Shown: piece by piece, positions 18,136-25,330 of the stretch | Position numbering within the stretch: the first letter of the stretch is position 1 | Layout: each line of letters starts with the position of its first letter | Source: Clostridia bacterium | GTDB taxonomy: Bacteria > Bacillota > Clostridia > Oscillospirales > Acutalibacteraceae | Assembly: GCA_024404095.1 (NCBI GenBank) | Contig: JAKSQO010000001.1 | Location: forward strand, 7,037 to 71,036 | Direction: 5' to 3' | Length of the DNA: 64,000 nt | Program-made: the position numbers and the translations under genes | The notes under the pieces: generated by a model | What the model was told of the DNA's origin: nothing | Databases searched by the model: none | What the model saw: only the letters and a program-made list of their open reading frames with translations

Positions 18136-18987
18136 TTACGCTCCTTTGAAAACAAGAAGTACAATAATACCGAGGATAATTCTGTAAACACCGAAAAGGG
18201 TAAAATTATGCTTTTTGATATAATTCATCAGAAGTCTTATCGCAAGAAGAGAAATTGTAAATGCGGCAATCATTCCGTCAATGAGAATTACAAACTCCAT
18301 TGCAGAGAAATTGAAGCCGAATTTAAGCAGCTTAAGTGCAGATGCACCGAGCATAACGGGAACTGCGAGGAAAAATGAAAACTCGGATGCAACACGTCTT
18401 GAATTGCCGAATGTTATACCGCCGAGAATTGTAGCGCCTGAACGTGAGGTGCCGGGAATAAGTGCAAGTGCCTGAAAAGCACCCATGATAAGTGCATCCT
18501 TGAAGGTCAGTTGAGTCAGCTTGCGAATTTTAGGAGGACGTTTTTGATTAAGAAATTCAACAACAATAAACAGAACGCCGTAGATAATAAGAGTAATCGC
18601 AACTGTTTTATAGTTGTAAAGATACTTGTCAAGCAGATCATCGAGCAGAACACCGAGAATACCCGCAGGGATACAGCCGGCAATGACCTTAAGCCAGAGA
18701 TTGATAATGCCCTTTCTGACCTTCATAACCTTTGTGCCGTTATCGCTGACTACACGTCTGAACGGACACAGCTTGTTCCAGAACATTACAACAACGGCAA
18801 GAATTGCTCCGAGCTGGATAACAACAAGGAACATATCGAAAAAGCCGTCGGAAACATCGCCGAATTCCATAAACTTTTCAGCGATAATCAGATGTCCCGT
18901 ACTGCTTATCGGGAGCCATTCGGTTATACCCTCGATAACTCCGAAGATGAGCGATTTTATAATATTGAGAAAATATGTTGCCAACAT
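18136..18987 (-). CDS. uppP: Undecaprenyl-diphosphate phosphatase
   Basis: 283 aa. It has the BacA/UppP motifs GVIEGITEWLPISSTGH and PGTSRSGATI and is polytopic. Confidence 0.95.
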   Translation of the reverse strand: MLATYFLNIIKSLIFGVIEGITEWLPISSTGHLIIAEKFMEFGDVSDGFFDMFLVVIQLGAILAVVVMFWNKLCPFRRVVSDNGTKVMKVRKGIINLWLKVIAGCIPAGILGVLLDDLLDKYLYNYKTVAITLIIYGVLFIVVEFLNQKRPPKIRKLTQLTFKDALIMGAFQALALIPGTSRSGATILGGITFGNSRRVASEFSFFLAVPVMLGASALKLLKFGFNFSAMEFVILIDGMIAAFTISLLAIRLLMNYIKKHNFTLFGVYRIILGIIVLLVFKGA

Positions 18988-19037
18988 CAGTTTCCCTCCG
19001 AAAGAATAGTATTGTTAATATATATGTACAGGTTAAT

Positions 19038-19066
19038 ATTATACTACACGTCTTATGTATTTGCAA
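19038..19066 (-). promoter_or_regulatory. Sigma-A-type promoter for uppP
   Basis: On the minus strand: TTGCAA (19061-19066), 17-nt spacer, TATAAT (19038-19043). Confidence 0.6.
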
Positions 19067-19081
19067 CTGAAAAAGACAAAA

Positions 19082-19108
19082 GCTCACGGATTTTTCTTTT
19101 CCGTGAGC
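19082..19108 (-). terminator. Rho-independent terminator after the HTH-cupin-acyl-CoA synthetase gene
   Basis: GCTCACGG/CCGTGAGC hairpin is followed on the minus strand by TTTTGTCTTTTT. Confidence 0.75.
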
Positions 19109-19115
19109 CACATTT

Positions 19116-21389
19116 TTAAAGCTTATTTCTGATAATCTTGCCGCTTGTCGTTTTCGGAAGCTCATCCTTGAATACAACAATTCTCGGATACTTATAAGGT
19201 GCGGTGTGTTCCTTAACGTAAGTCTGAATTTCCTTTTTAAGTTCTTCGGTCGGTTCAGTTCCCTTGGTAAGAACAATGCTCGCCTTAACAACCTGACCTC
19301 TGATTTCATCCGGAGCGGCAGAAACTCCGCACTCAAGAACATACGGAAGCTCCATGATAACGTTTTCAATCTCAAATGGTCCGATACGGTAGCCTGATGA
19401 TTTGATTACGTCGTCAACACGGCCGACATACCAGTAGAAGCCGTCCTCGTCCTTCCATGCGACATCGCCTGTATGGTACATTCCGTCATGCCAGCATTCC
19501 TTTGTTTTGTCCTCAGCGCCGTAGTAGCCGATGAACAGACCGCACGGAATTGTATCACCTGTACGAACGACAATTTCGCCCTCCTCACCTACTCCGACCG
19601 GCTTGCCGTCAGCGTCAACAAGGTCGATATCATAAGACGGAACAGGCTTACCCATTGAGCCGAGACGGTGGTCTGAACCGAAGAGATTGCCGATAAGAAG
19701 TGTTGATTCACTCTGACCGAAGCCCTCCATAACCTTAAGCCCCGTGAGCTTGTTGAGCTGTCGGAATACTTCGGGATTGAGTGCCTCACCTGCTATTGTT
19801 GCGTGCTCAACCGAGCTGAGATCGTACTTTGTGAGATCTTCCTTAATCATCATACGGTACATTGTCGGCGGACAGCAGAATGTTGTAATATTATATTTTT
19901 TAAACATCGGAAGTATTTCTGCGGCGTTGAAGCGGTCAAAATCGTAAACAAAAATCGCGCCCTCGCAGAGCCATTGACCGTAGAGCTTACCCCACATAGC
20001 CTTTGCCCAGCCTGTGTCGGAAATGGTAAGATGAAGTCCGTTGGGGTTAACGCAATGCCAGTAGTTGGCTGTAACAAAATGGCCGAGCGGATATTTGAAG
20101 TTATGAGTTGCGATTTTCGGATAGCCTGTTGTGCCCGAAGTAAAGAACATGAGCATCATATCACTGCCGCAGGCTGAATCCTCGGTGCGCTCAAATGTAT
20201 TTGAATAGAGCTTATATTCCTCGTTGAAGTTGTGCCAGCCCTCACGCTCACTGCCGACAATAATCTTTGTCTTAACAGTCGGAGAATTCTTAATTGCAAG
20301 ATCAACCTGATTTGCGGAATCACCGTCAGAGGTGCAGATGACAGCGCTTACTCCTGCCGCATTAAAGCGGTAGTCAAGGTCGTGCTCCTGGAGAAGATAT
20401 GTTGCGGGAATGGCGATTGCGCCGAGCTTATGAAGAGCGAGAATCGAGAACCAGTACTGATAGTGACGTTTAAGTATAAGCATAACTCTGTCACCCTTTT
20501 TAATGCCGAGCGACTTAAAGTAATTTGCGGTTTGTGAGGAATATTCCATCATGTCTCTGAATGTGAATCTTCTCTCCTGCTTGTTGTTGTCAACGTGTAT
20601 CATGGCTGTCTTATCGGGACATTTCCTGCCGAGGCCGTCAACAATATCGAATGCGAAATTGAACATCTCTTCATTTTCATATGAGAGTGACAGCAGTGCG
20701 CCGTTCTCGTCCTCTTTCGGATGAATAAAGTTATGATAAATACGCTTGCCTGTGCCTGTTCTCTTCGGTGAATTGTCATCAATCTTGTTGATTTCTGACG
20801 GAGTTTCGCCCGACGGATTGAAAACAAGAGCATAGAAAATTGTTTCCTTATCACCAACGGAAATCATACCGTGAGGTGTGGATGAATCGTAGTAAATTGT
20901 GTCGCCTGCGTTGAGAATTTCAACGTGATTGCCGACCTGAACACGAAGAGTACCGCTTACAACAATGTCAAGCTCCTGTCCCTCATGGGTTGTAAGAGCG
21001 ATATCGTTATCACCCTTGCCGGGGTCGCACTTAACAAAAAGCGGTTCGCAGATTTTATTTTTAAATGTGGAAGCAAGGTTATAGTATTCCATGCCGTGCG
21101 CATGGTCAATCAGCTGTCCCTCGCCGTTTCTTGTAACAGTATAGGAGGCAAGAACGGGGCTTTTACCTTCGATAATATCTGTTACATCAACATTGAAAGC
21201 GATAGCACATCTGTAAAGGAAAGCGAAGTTAAGATCTTTTTCGCCACGCTCGCAGGCGATATATTCTTCGATTGTAACATCCGTCTTTTCAGCCATCTCA
21301 GCGGGTGTGAAGCCGACAACCTCGCGAAGCTCACGGATACGCTGAGCCATTTCGCTGATTTTGAAATCAAGTCCTGTCATTTCTTTCAT
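19116..21389 (-). CDS. Fusion protein: XRE-type HTH + cupin domain + AMP-forming acyl-CoA synthetase (ANL family, medium-chain/ACSM-like)
   Basis: Uninterrupted 757-aa ORF. The HTH is MAQRIRELREVVGFTPAEMAEKTDVTIEEY, and the cupin is HEGQELDIVVSGTLRVQVGN...YYDSSTPHGM. ANL cores are present: FTSGTTGYPK, YHTGD, GRVDDVIKSSGYRIGPFEIE and LPKTTSGKIIRNKL. Confidence 0.85.
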   Translation of the reverse strand: MKEMTGLDFKISEMAQRIRELREVVGFTPAEMAEKTDVTIEEYIACERGEKDLNFAFLYRCAIAFNVDVTDIIEGKSPVLASYTVTRNGEGQLIDHAHGMEYYNLASTFKNKICEPLFVKCDPGKGDNDIALTTHEGQELDIVVSGTLRVQVGNHVEILNAGDTIYYDSSTPHGMISVGDKETIFYALVFNPSGETPSEINKIDDNSPKRTGTGKRIYHNFIHPKEDENGALLSLSYENEEMFNFAFDIVDGLGRKCPDKTAMIHVDNNKQERRFTFRDMMEYSSQTANYFKSLGIKKGDRVMLILKRHYQYWFSILALHKLGAIAIPATYLLQEHDLDYRFNAAGVSAVICTSDGDSANQVDLAIKNSPTVKTKIIVGSEREGWHNFNEEYKLYSNTFERTEDSACGSDMMLMFFTSGTTGYPKIATHNFKYPLGHFVTANYWHCVNPNGLHLTISDTGWAKAMWGKLYGQWLCEGAIFVYDFDRFNAAEILPMFKKYNITTFCCPPTMYRMMIKEDLTKYDLSSVEHATIAGEALNPEVFRQLNKLTGLKVMEGFGQSESTLLIGNLFGSDHRLGSMGKPVPSYDIDLVDADGKPVGVGEEGEIVVRTGDTIPCGLFIGYYGAEDKTKECWHDGMYHTGDVAWKDEDGFYWYVGRVDDVIKSSGYRIGPFEIENVIMELPYVLECGVSAAPDEIRGQVVKASIVLTKGTEPTEELKKEIQTYVKEHTAPYKYPRIVVFKDELPKTTSGKIIRNKL

Positions 21390-21420
21390 AATCTACACCT
21401 TTCTTTCGGGGACAGAAAAA

Positions 21421-21688
21421 ATAAAAAACCCGTCCCAAAGTAAAAATCTTTGAGACGAGTTATAAACCCGCGGTACCACTCAAATTGCATTCCGAAGAAT
21501 ACCTCTTACGGACTCTGACAAGTCCTGTGCTTTTACGCAGCCATACGGAAGGGTTCTACTCGCCTTTGCTTTCTTCCCTCCGGCTCAGAAACTACAAACC
21601 TGCAACTTTCATTTATCGGTTTTCACCAATACCGACTCTCTGAGAAATTACTTGATTACAGGCACTTTTCGTCAACGCCTTTTCTTTT
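21421..21688 (-). promoter_or_regulatory. T-box riboswitch leader (tRNA-sensing transcription attenuator)
   Basis: Minus-strand elements are as follows. A K-turn-like GUUGA...CUGAGCC closes the Stem I base. The AGAGAG box plus distal loop AUUGGUGAAA lies at plus 21621-21644. The T-box sequence AAUUUGAGUGGUACCGCGGGU lies at plus 21466-21486. The terminator CGUCUCAAAG/CUUUGGGACG plus U6 lies at plus 21421-21457. UUUGAG/CUCAAA pairing gives the competing antiterminator. Confidence 0.85.
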
Positions 21689-21695
21689 TTATCTG

Positions 21696-21724
21696 ATTTT
21701 AACATGACAAAATGTAATTGTCAA
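21696..21724 (-). promoter_or_regulatory. Sigma-A-type promoter driving the T-box leader
   Basis: On the minus strand: TTGACA (21719-21724), 17-nt spacer, TAAAAT (21696-21701). Confidence 0.65.
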
Positions 21725-21733
21725 TAGCCTATT

Positions 21734-23650
21734 TTAAACTTCTTCACCAATTTTTTCATGAAGTTCTTCCCATAAGCTATACAAATCCTCAAGATTGTCG
21801 TTTTTTTGCTGAAGCTTTTCTGTAAGCTCTATGATTTTTTCGTAATCCGACTGCGTTTCCGGCAGATTCATAAGCTCTTGAATCTCCTCAATTTCAGCCT
21901 CCGTCAGGGCAATCTGTTCCTCGGTTTTAGTCAGCTGAGTTTTCATTTTGCGAAGCTCTGCCGCCTGCTCCTTTTTAAACTTATAGTCATTCACCTTTTT
22001 AACAGGCTGAGCCGATTTTACAGGAGCAGCCTGTGTTGAAGAAGCGGATTTCCTCTCAATATAATAATCGTAATTCCCGAGGTACTCAGTCAATCCGTCA
22101 GAACTTAGCTCAAGAATTCGTGTGCTGAGCTTATTTATAAAATATCGGTCATGCGAAACAATCAGCATTGTTCCGCTGTATTCAAGCAGAGTGTTTTCAA
22201 GCTCCTCGCGCGAAAATGCGTCAAGATGATTTGTCGGCTCGTCAAGCAAAAGCAGATTATATCCACCGAGCATGAGCTTGAGAAGAGCGATTCTCGCTCT
22301 TTCACCGCCGCTGAGCTTGGACAGCTGCTTGAACACCTCATCACCCTTAAAGAGAAAAGCGGCAAGCGAGCTGCGGATTTCCGTCTGCGACATTCTCGGA
22401 TAAGCCGTCCATATCTCGTCAATTGCGGTTTTATTTAAATCAAGCTTTGCCTGAACCTGGTCAAAATAGCCCTTAAACAGGTTTTCACCGAATGAGAAAG
22501 TGCCCGAATCGGCACGGTATTCACCCATAAGCGTCTTTAACAGAGTGGTTTTGCCGCAGCCGTTATCGCCCAGAAGAAAGACACGCTCTCCCCTTGTAAT
22601 GTGCATTTTAACATTAGAAAAAATCTCTTTACTGCCGAAGCTCTTTGAAAGTCCGTCGGCAATAATTACATCATTTGAGCTGACAGATTTCGGCTCGAAA
22701 TTCACTCTGATTCTTTCAACCTTACTGTCGGGAATAACAAGCTGTTCCTTAATGCGGTCAATCTGTTTGAGCTTGCTTTCAGCCGTGCGGATGTTTTTCT
22801 CTCTGTTCCATTGTCTCTGCTGAGCAACAACGCCCTCAAGACGCTGAATCTCACGCATATCATTTTCATATTTCTCTTCAATCGCCTTCTGCTCGGCTTT
22901 TTTCTTGATAAGAAATTCAGAATAATTGCCCTTGTAGCATCTGATTTTTCGGTTTTCAAGCTCAACGGTTTTATCTGTGATTTTATCAAGAAAATAACGG
23001 TCATGCGATATTACAAAAACAGCACCGTTAAAATTTTTAAGAAAGTTTTCGAGCCATTCAACACTCTTGATATCGAGGTGATTTGTAGGCTCGTCAAGAA
23101 GCAGAAGATTGCAGGGCGAAAGAAGAAGCTTCGCAAGGGCAACCTTTGAACGCTGACCGCCGCTGAGCTTGTCGGTTGTAAGTGAAAAATCATCCTCTGT
23201 GAAGCCAAGTCCCAAAAGCGCACTACGTGTGCGGCTTTTATATGTCAGACCGCCCTCGTTGTTGTATTTAAGCGTCAGTTCATCCTGAATTCTGATATTT
23301 TCTTCAAGATTGCCGATATTATTTGAGAGCTTTGCGTTGACCTCGGCAAGCTTGATTTCAAGTTCACGCAAATAATCAAAAACGCTGACAAGCTCCTCAT
23401 AAAGAGTTCTGCCCTTGCTCGAGCAGGTGTGCTGCTCCATATAGCCGACAGTAACATCCTTGCTCTTGATAACAGCACCCTCCGTGGGCTCGAACTCCCC
23501 TCTTATCATGCGGAAAAGGGTCGTCTTTCCGACTCCGTTTGAGCCGATAAAGCCAACCTTTTCTTTTTCCTGAATATCAAAATTTACATTAGAGAACAGC
23601 TCACGTTCACCGAATGAGAACCCGAGGTTCTGAAAATTTAAAATAACCAT
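21734..23650 (-). CDS. ABC-F family ATPase (two ABC domains, no TMD; translation-factor type)
   Basis: I place the start at the ATG at 23650, which has GAGG 6 nt upstream. The track ORF begins at a GTG at 23662. Walker A motifs are GSNGVGKTT and GDNGCGKTT, and signatures are LSGGQ and LSGGE. There is an ~80-aa interdomain linker and a C-terminal coiled-coil extension. Confidence 0.9.
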   Translation of the reverse strand: MVILNFQNLGFSFGERELFSNVNFDIQEKEKVGFIGSNGVGKTTLFRMIRGEFEPTEGAVIKSKDVTVGYMEQHTCSSKGRTLYEELVSVFDYLRELEIKLAEVNAKLSNNIGNLEENIRIQDELTLKYNNEGGLTYKSRTRSALLGLGFTEDDFSLTTDKLSGGQRSKVALAKLLLSPCNLLLLDEPTNHLDIKSVEWLENFLKNFNGAVFVISHDRYFLDKITDKTVELENRKIRCYKGNYSEFLIKKKAEQKAIEEKYENDMREIQRLEGVVAQQRQWNREKNIRTAESKLKQIDRIKEQLVIPDSKVERIRVNFEPKSVSSNDVIIADGLSKSFGSKEIFSNVKMHITRGERVFLLGDNGCGKTTLLKTLMGEYRADSGTFSFGENLFKGYFDQVQAKLDLNKTAIDEIWTAYPRMSQTEIRSSLAAFLFKGDEVFKQLSKLSGGERARIALLKLMLGGYNLLLLDEPTNHLDAFSREELENTLLEYSGTMLIVSHDRYFINKLSTRILELSSDGLTEYLGNYDYYIERKSASSTQAAPVKSAQPVKKVNDYKFKKEQAAELRKMKTQLTKTEEQIALTEAEIEEIQELMNLPETQSDYEKIIELTEKLQQKNDNLEDLYSLWEELHEKIGEEV

Positions 23651-23710
23651 AACATACCTCACAAAGTACGTTTATTTTACTACATATGTGAGAATAAAAC
23701 AAGTATTAAG

Positions 23711-23742
23711 CAAAATAAAATAGAGCAGGCGTAAACCTGCTC
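23711..23742 (-). terminator. Rho-independent terminator after the nucleotidyltransferase-like gene
   Basis: GAGCAGG/CCTGCTC hairpin (23723-23729/23736-23742) is followed on the minus strand by TATTTTATTTTG. Confidence 0.7.
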
Positions 23743-23757
23743 CGTACATAGGATAAT

Positions 23758-24414
23758 TCATTCATCACAATTTTCATTATAACAAGCATTGACTGCTTCG
23801 GCGAATATTGAACGGGAATGCTTATTCGGATCATCATTGCTATTTTTCTTGCGGATGTATAGTGCGTCCAGTTCGTCTTTCAGCCCATTATCTTTTATCC
23901 ATTGAAAGCGTTCCGGAAGCATATAGAATCCTTGAGATTGTTCTAACCACGAGTAAGTATTCTGCTTCTTGTTATAGTGAATGTATTCTTGACAATCGTA
24001 TCCGTCATCATCCTCATAGTCATTAACAAAGGCAAAGTCCACACTATGAAGGATACGGGAATTCTTGCGATCTTTAACCTTGATGGTCAAAACGCGAGTT
24101 GAGTCTTCGGCAAAGTCGTAGCCATACCGATGTGCGAATTTATCCAATGATTGCTTGAACAGTAACTTGATCTGTTTTGCCTTGAAACGGTTTTCTTCAT
24201 CATTTGGATAAATGTTGATGTCAAAATCGAAACCAATATTTGATTTTGCGTCATAGGTAATCATGTTACGAGAGTAACTGCCAACAGGCTCATGCTGAAA
24301 AGTGTATTGCTTTCGTAAGTCGTCATGAACAAGGCTGAGAATTTCCATAAGGTCAGAATAGGCAGACTTAACTTGGGGCGAATGTTTTGATATGAACTTA
24401 AAATCATGTTTCAT
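23758..24414 (-). CDS. Pol-beta superfamily nucleotidyltransferase-like protein (SMODS/CD-NTase-like pattern), function unknown
   Basis: 218 aa. The G-S...D-x-D pattern is PVGSYSRNMITYDAKSNIGFDFDINIY, and a later acidic residue sits on a beta strand (HSVDFAFV). The gene has an AAAGGA RBS plus its own promoter and terminator, and is AT-rich by eye. Confidence 0.5.
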   Translation of the reverse strand: MKHDFKFISKHSPQVKSAYSDLMEILSLVHDDLRKQYTFQHEPVGSYSRNMITYDAKSNIGFDFDINIYPNDEENRFKAKQIKLLFKQSLDKFAHRYGYDFAEDSTRVLTIKVKDRKNSRILHSVDFAFVNDYEDDDGYDCQEYIHYNKKQNTYSWLEQSQGFYMLPERFQWIKDNGLKDELDALYIRKKNSNDDPNKHSRSIFAEAVNACYNENCDE

Positions 24415-24473
24415 ATTATAATCCTTTCTTCTTCGCCCATGCCACCCATTCAGCGTTTTCGCTAAATCATTAA

Positions 24474-24502
24474 AGTATACTCACGAATGATACCCTTGTC
24501 AA
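24474..24502 (-). promoter_or_regulatory. Sigma-A-type promoter of the nucleotidyltransferase-like gene
   Basis: On the minus strand: TTGACA (24497-24502), 17-nt spacer, TATACT (24474-24479). Confidence 0.65.
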
Positions 24503-24513
24503 TACTTTTTTCT

Positions 24514-24548
24514 AAAAAAAGTGGATGTAACTGAAATCAGTTACATCC
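24514..24548 (-). terminator. Rho-independent terminator after tRNA-fMet
   Basis: Perfect 12-bp hairpin GGATGTAACTGA/TCAGTTACATCC (24523-24548) is followed on the minus strand by a T7 run (plus A run 24514-24520). Confidence 0.85.
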
Positions 24549-24556
24549 TTAAAAAA

Positions 24557-24633
<77 letters not shown>

Positions 24634-24664
24634 ATATTCAAGCGTTCCCTCAGAACGCTTAGCT

Positions 24665-24693
24665 ATTATATAACAAATGTTTGCTTTTGTCAA
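24665..24693 (-). promoter_or_regulatory. Sigma-A-type promoter of the tRNA-fMet gene
   Basis: On the minus strand: TTGACA (24688-24693), 17-nt spacer, TATAAT (24665-24670). A leader hairpin AAGCGTTC/GAACGCTT (24640-24660) precedes the tRNA. Confidence 0.65.
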
Positions 24694-24725
24694 TAGCTTT
24701 TTGAATATTTTTTTAATTTTTTCAA

Positions 24726-25310
24726 TTATATTATTTGCATCTCTTTTGCAATATATTCTTCGCAGGATTTCATTGCTTCGAGAGTCTTTTCGAGCAGTTC
24801 ATCAATTGTCCATCCGAGCATTTGGGCACCTTGCGCAATAATCTCACGTGAACAGCCTGCCGCAAACTTCTTATCCTTAAATTTCTTTTTAAGACTCTTA
24901 AGCTCCATATCCTGTGTACTCTTTGACGGACGCATAAGTGCCGCCGCCCAGATAAGACCTGTAAGCTCATCCGCAGCAAAAAGAACTTTTTCCATTTCGT
25001 GCTCAGGCTTCACGTCAACACAGATGCCGTATCCGTGGGCACAGACAGCGTGAATCATGTCCTCACCTGCTCCGCCCTCTCGAAGAAGCTCGGGAGCTTT
25101 TTTGCAATGCTCATCAGGATAAAGCTCAAAATCTATATCGTGTAGAAGTCCGACAATGCTCCAGTATTCTTTATCTTCAGCGTAGCCGAGATTTGCGGCA
25201 TACCAGCCCATAACGCCCTCAACTGTCAGAGCGTGCTGAAGATGGAAGCTTTCTTTATTATATTTTTTCAGAAGCTCAAGCGCCTCCGCACGTGTAAGAT
25301 TACTTTTCAT
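24726..25310 (-). CDS. HD-domain metal-dependent phosphohydrolase
   Basis: I place the start at the ATG at 25310 with an AAAGGA RBS, because the track ORF extension overlaps the upstream gene. The product is 194 aa with an H...HD pattern (HALTVEG...LLHDIDFE) and a later HAVCAHGYG. Confidence 0.8.
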   Translation of the reverse strand: MKSNLTRAEALELLKKYNKESFHLQHALTVEGVMGWYAANLGYAEDKEYWSIVGLLHDIDFELYPDEHCKKAPELLREGGAGEDMIHAVCAHGYGICVDVKPEHEMEKVLFAADELTGLIWAAALMRPSKSTQDMELKSLKKKFKDKKFAAGCSREIIAQGAQMLGWTIDELLEKTLEAMKSCEEYIAKEMQII

Positions 25311-25330
25311 ATTATCAATCCTTTCTGTGA

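Noticed and set aside
21590-21612. Reading the T-box specifier as AGU (Ser) or UGC (Cys) from GAAAGUUGCAGG.
   Set aside because: The antiterminator bulge is UGGU, which by the known covariation predicts an A73 discriminator. Bacterial tRNA-Ser (G73) and tRNA-Cys (U73) do not fit. The register nevertheless remains unresolved between the Val and Leu codons.
21734-23650. ABC-F protein as an antibiotic-resistance (ARE) ribosomal protection factor.
   Set aside because: The interdomain linker is of ordinary length (~80 aa), and the protein has a long C-terminal coiled-coil like housekeeping Uup/YdiF-type ABC-Fs. There is no regulatory leader peptide or attenuator upstream. This cannot be excluded without a phylogeny.
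23663-24556. Genomic island integrated at the 3' end of tRNA-fMet, with an att direct repeat.
   Set aside because: I looked for a partial copy of the tRNA 3' end (TGGTTGCGGAGGCAGGATTTGAACC) downstream. I found only a weak resemblance in the terminator hairpin at 23721-23742, and no integrase gene. The evidence is insufficient, and the idea is kept only as a caveat in the NTase finding.
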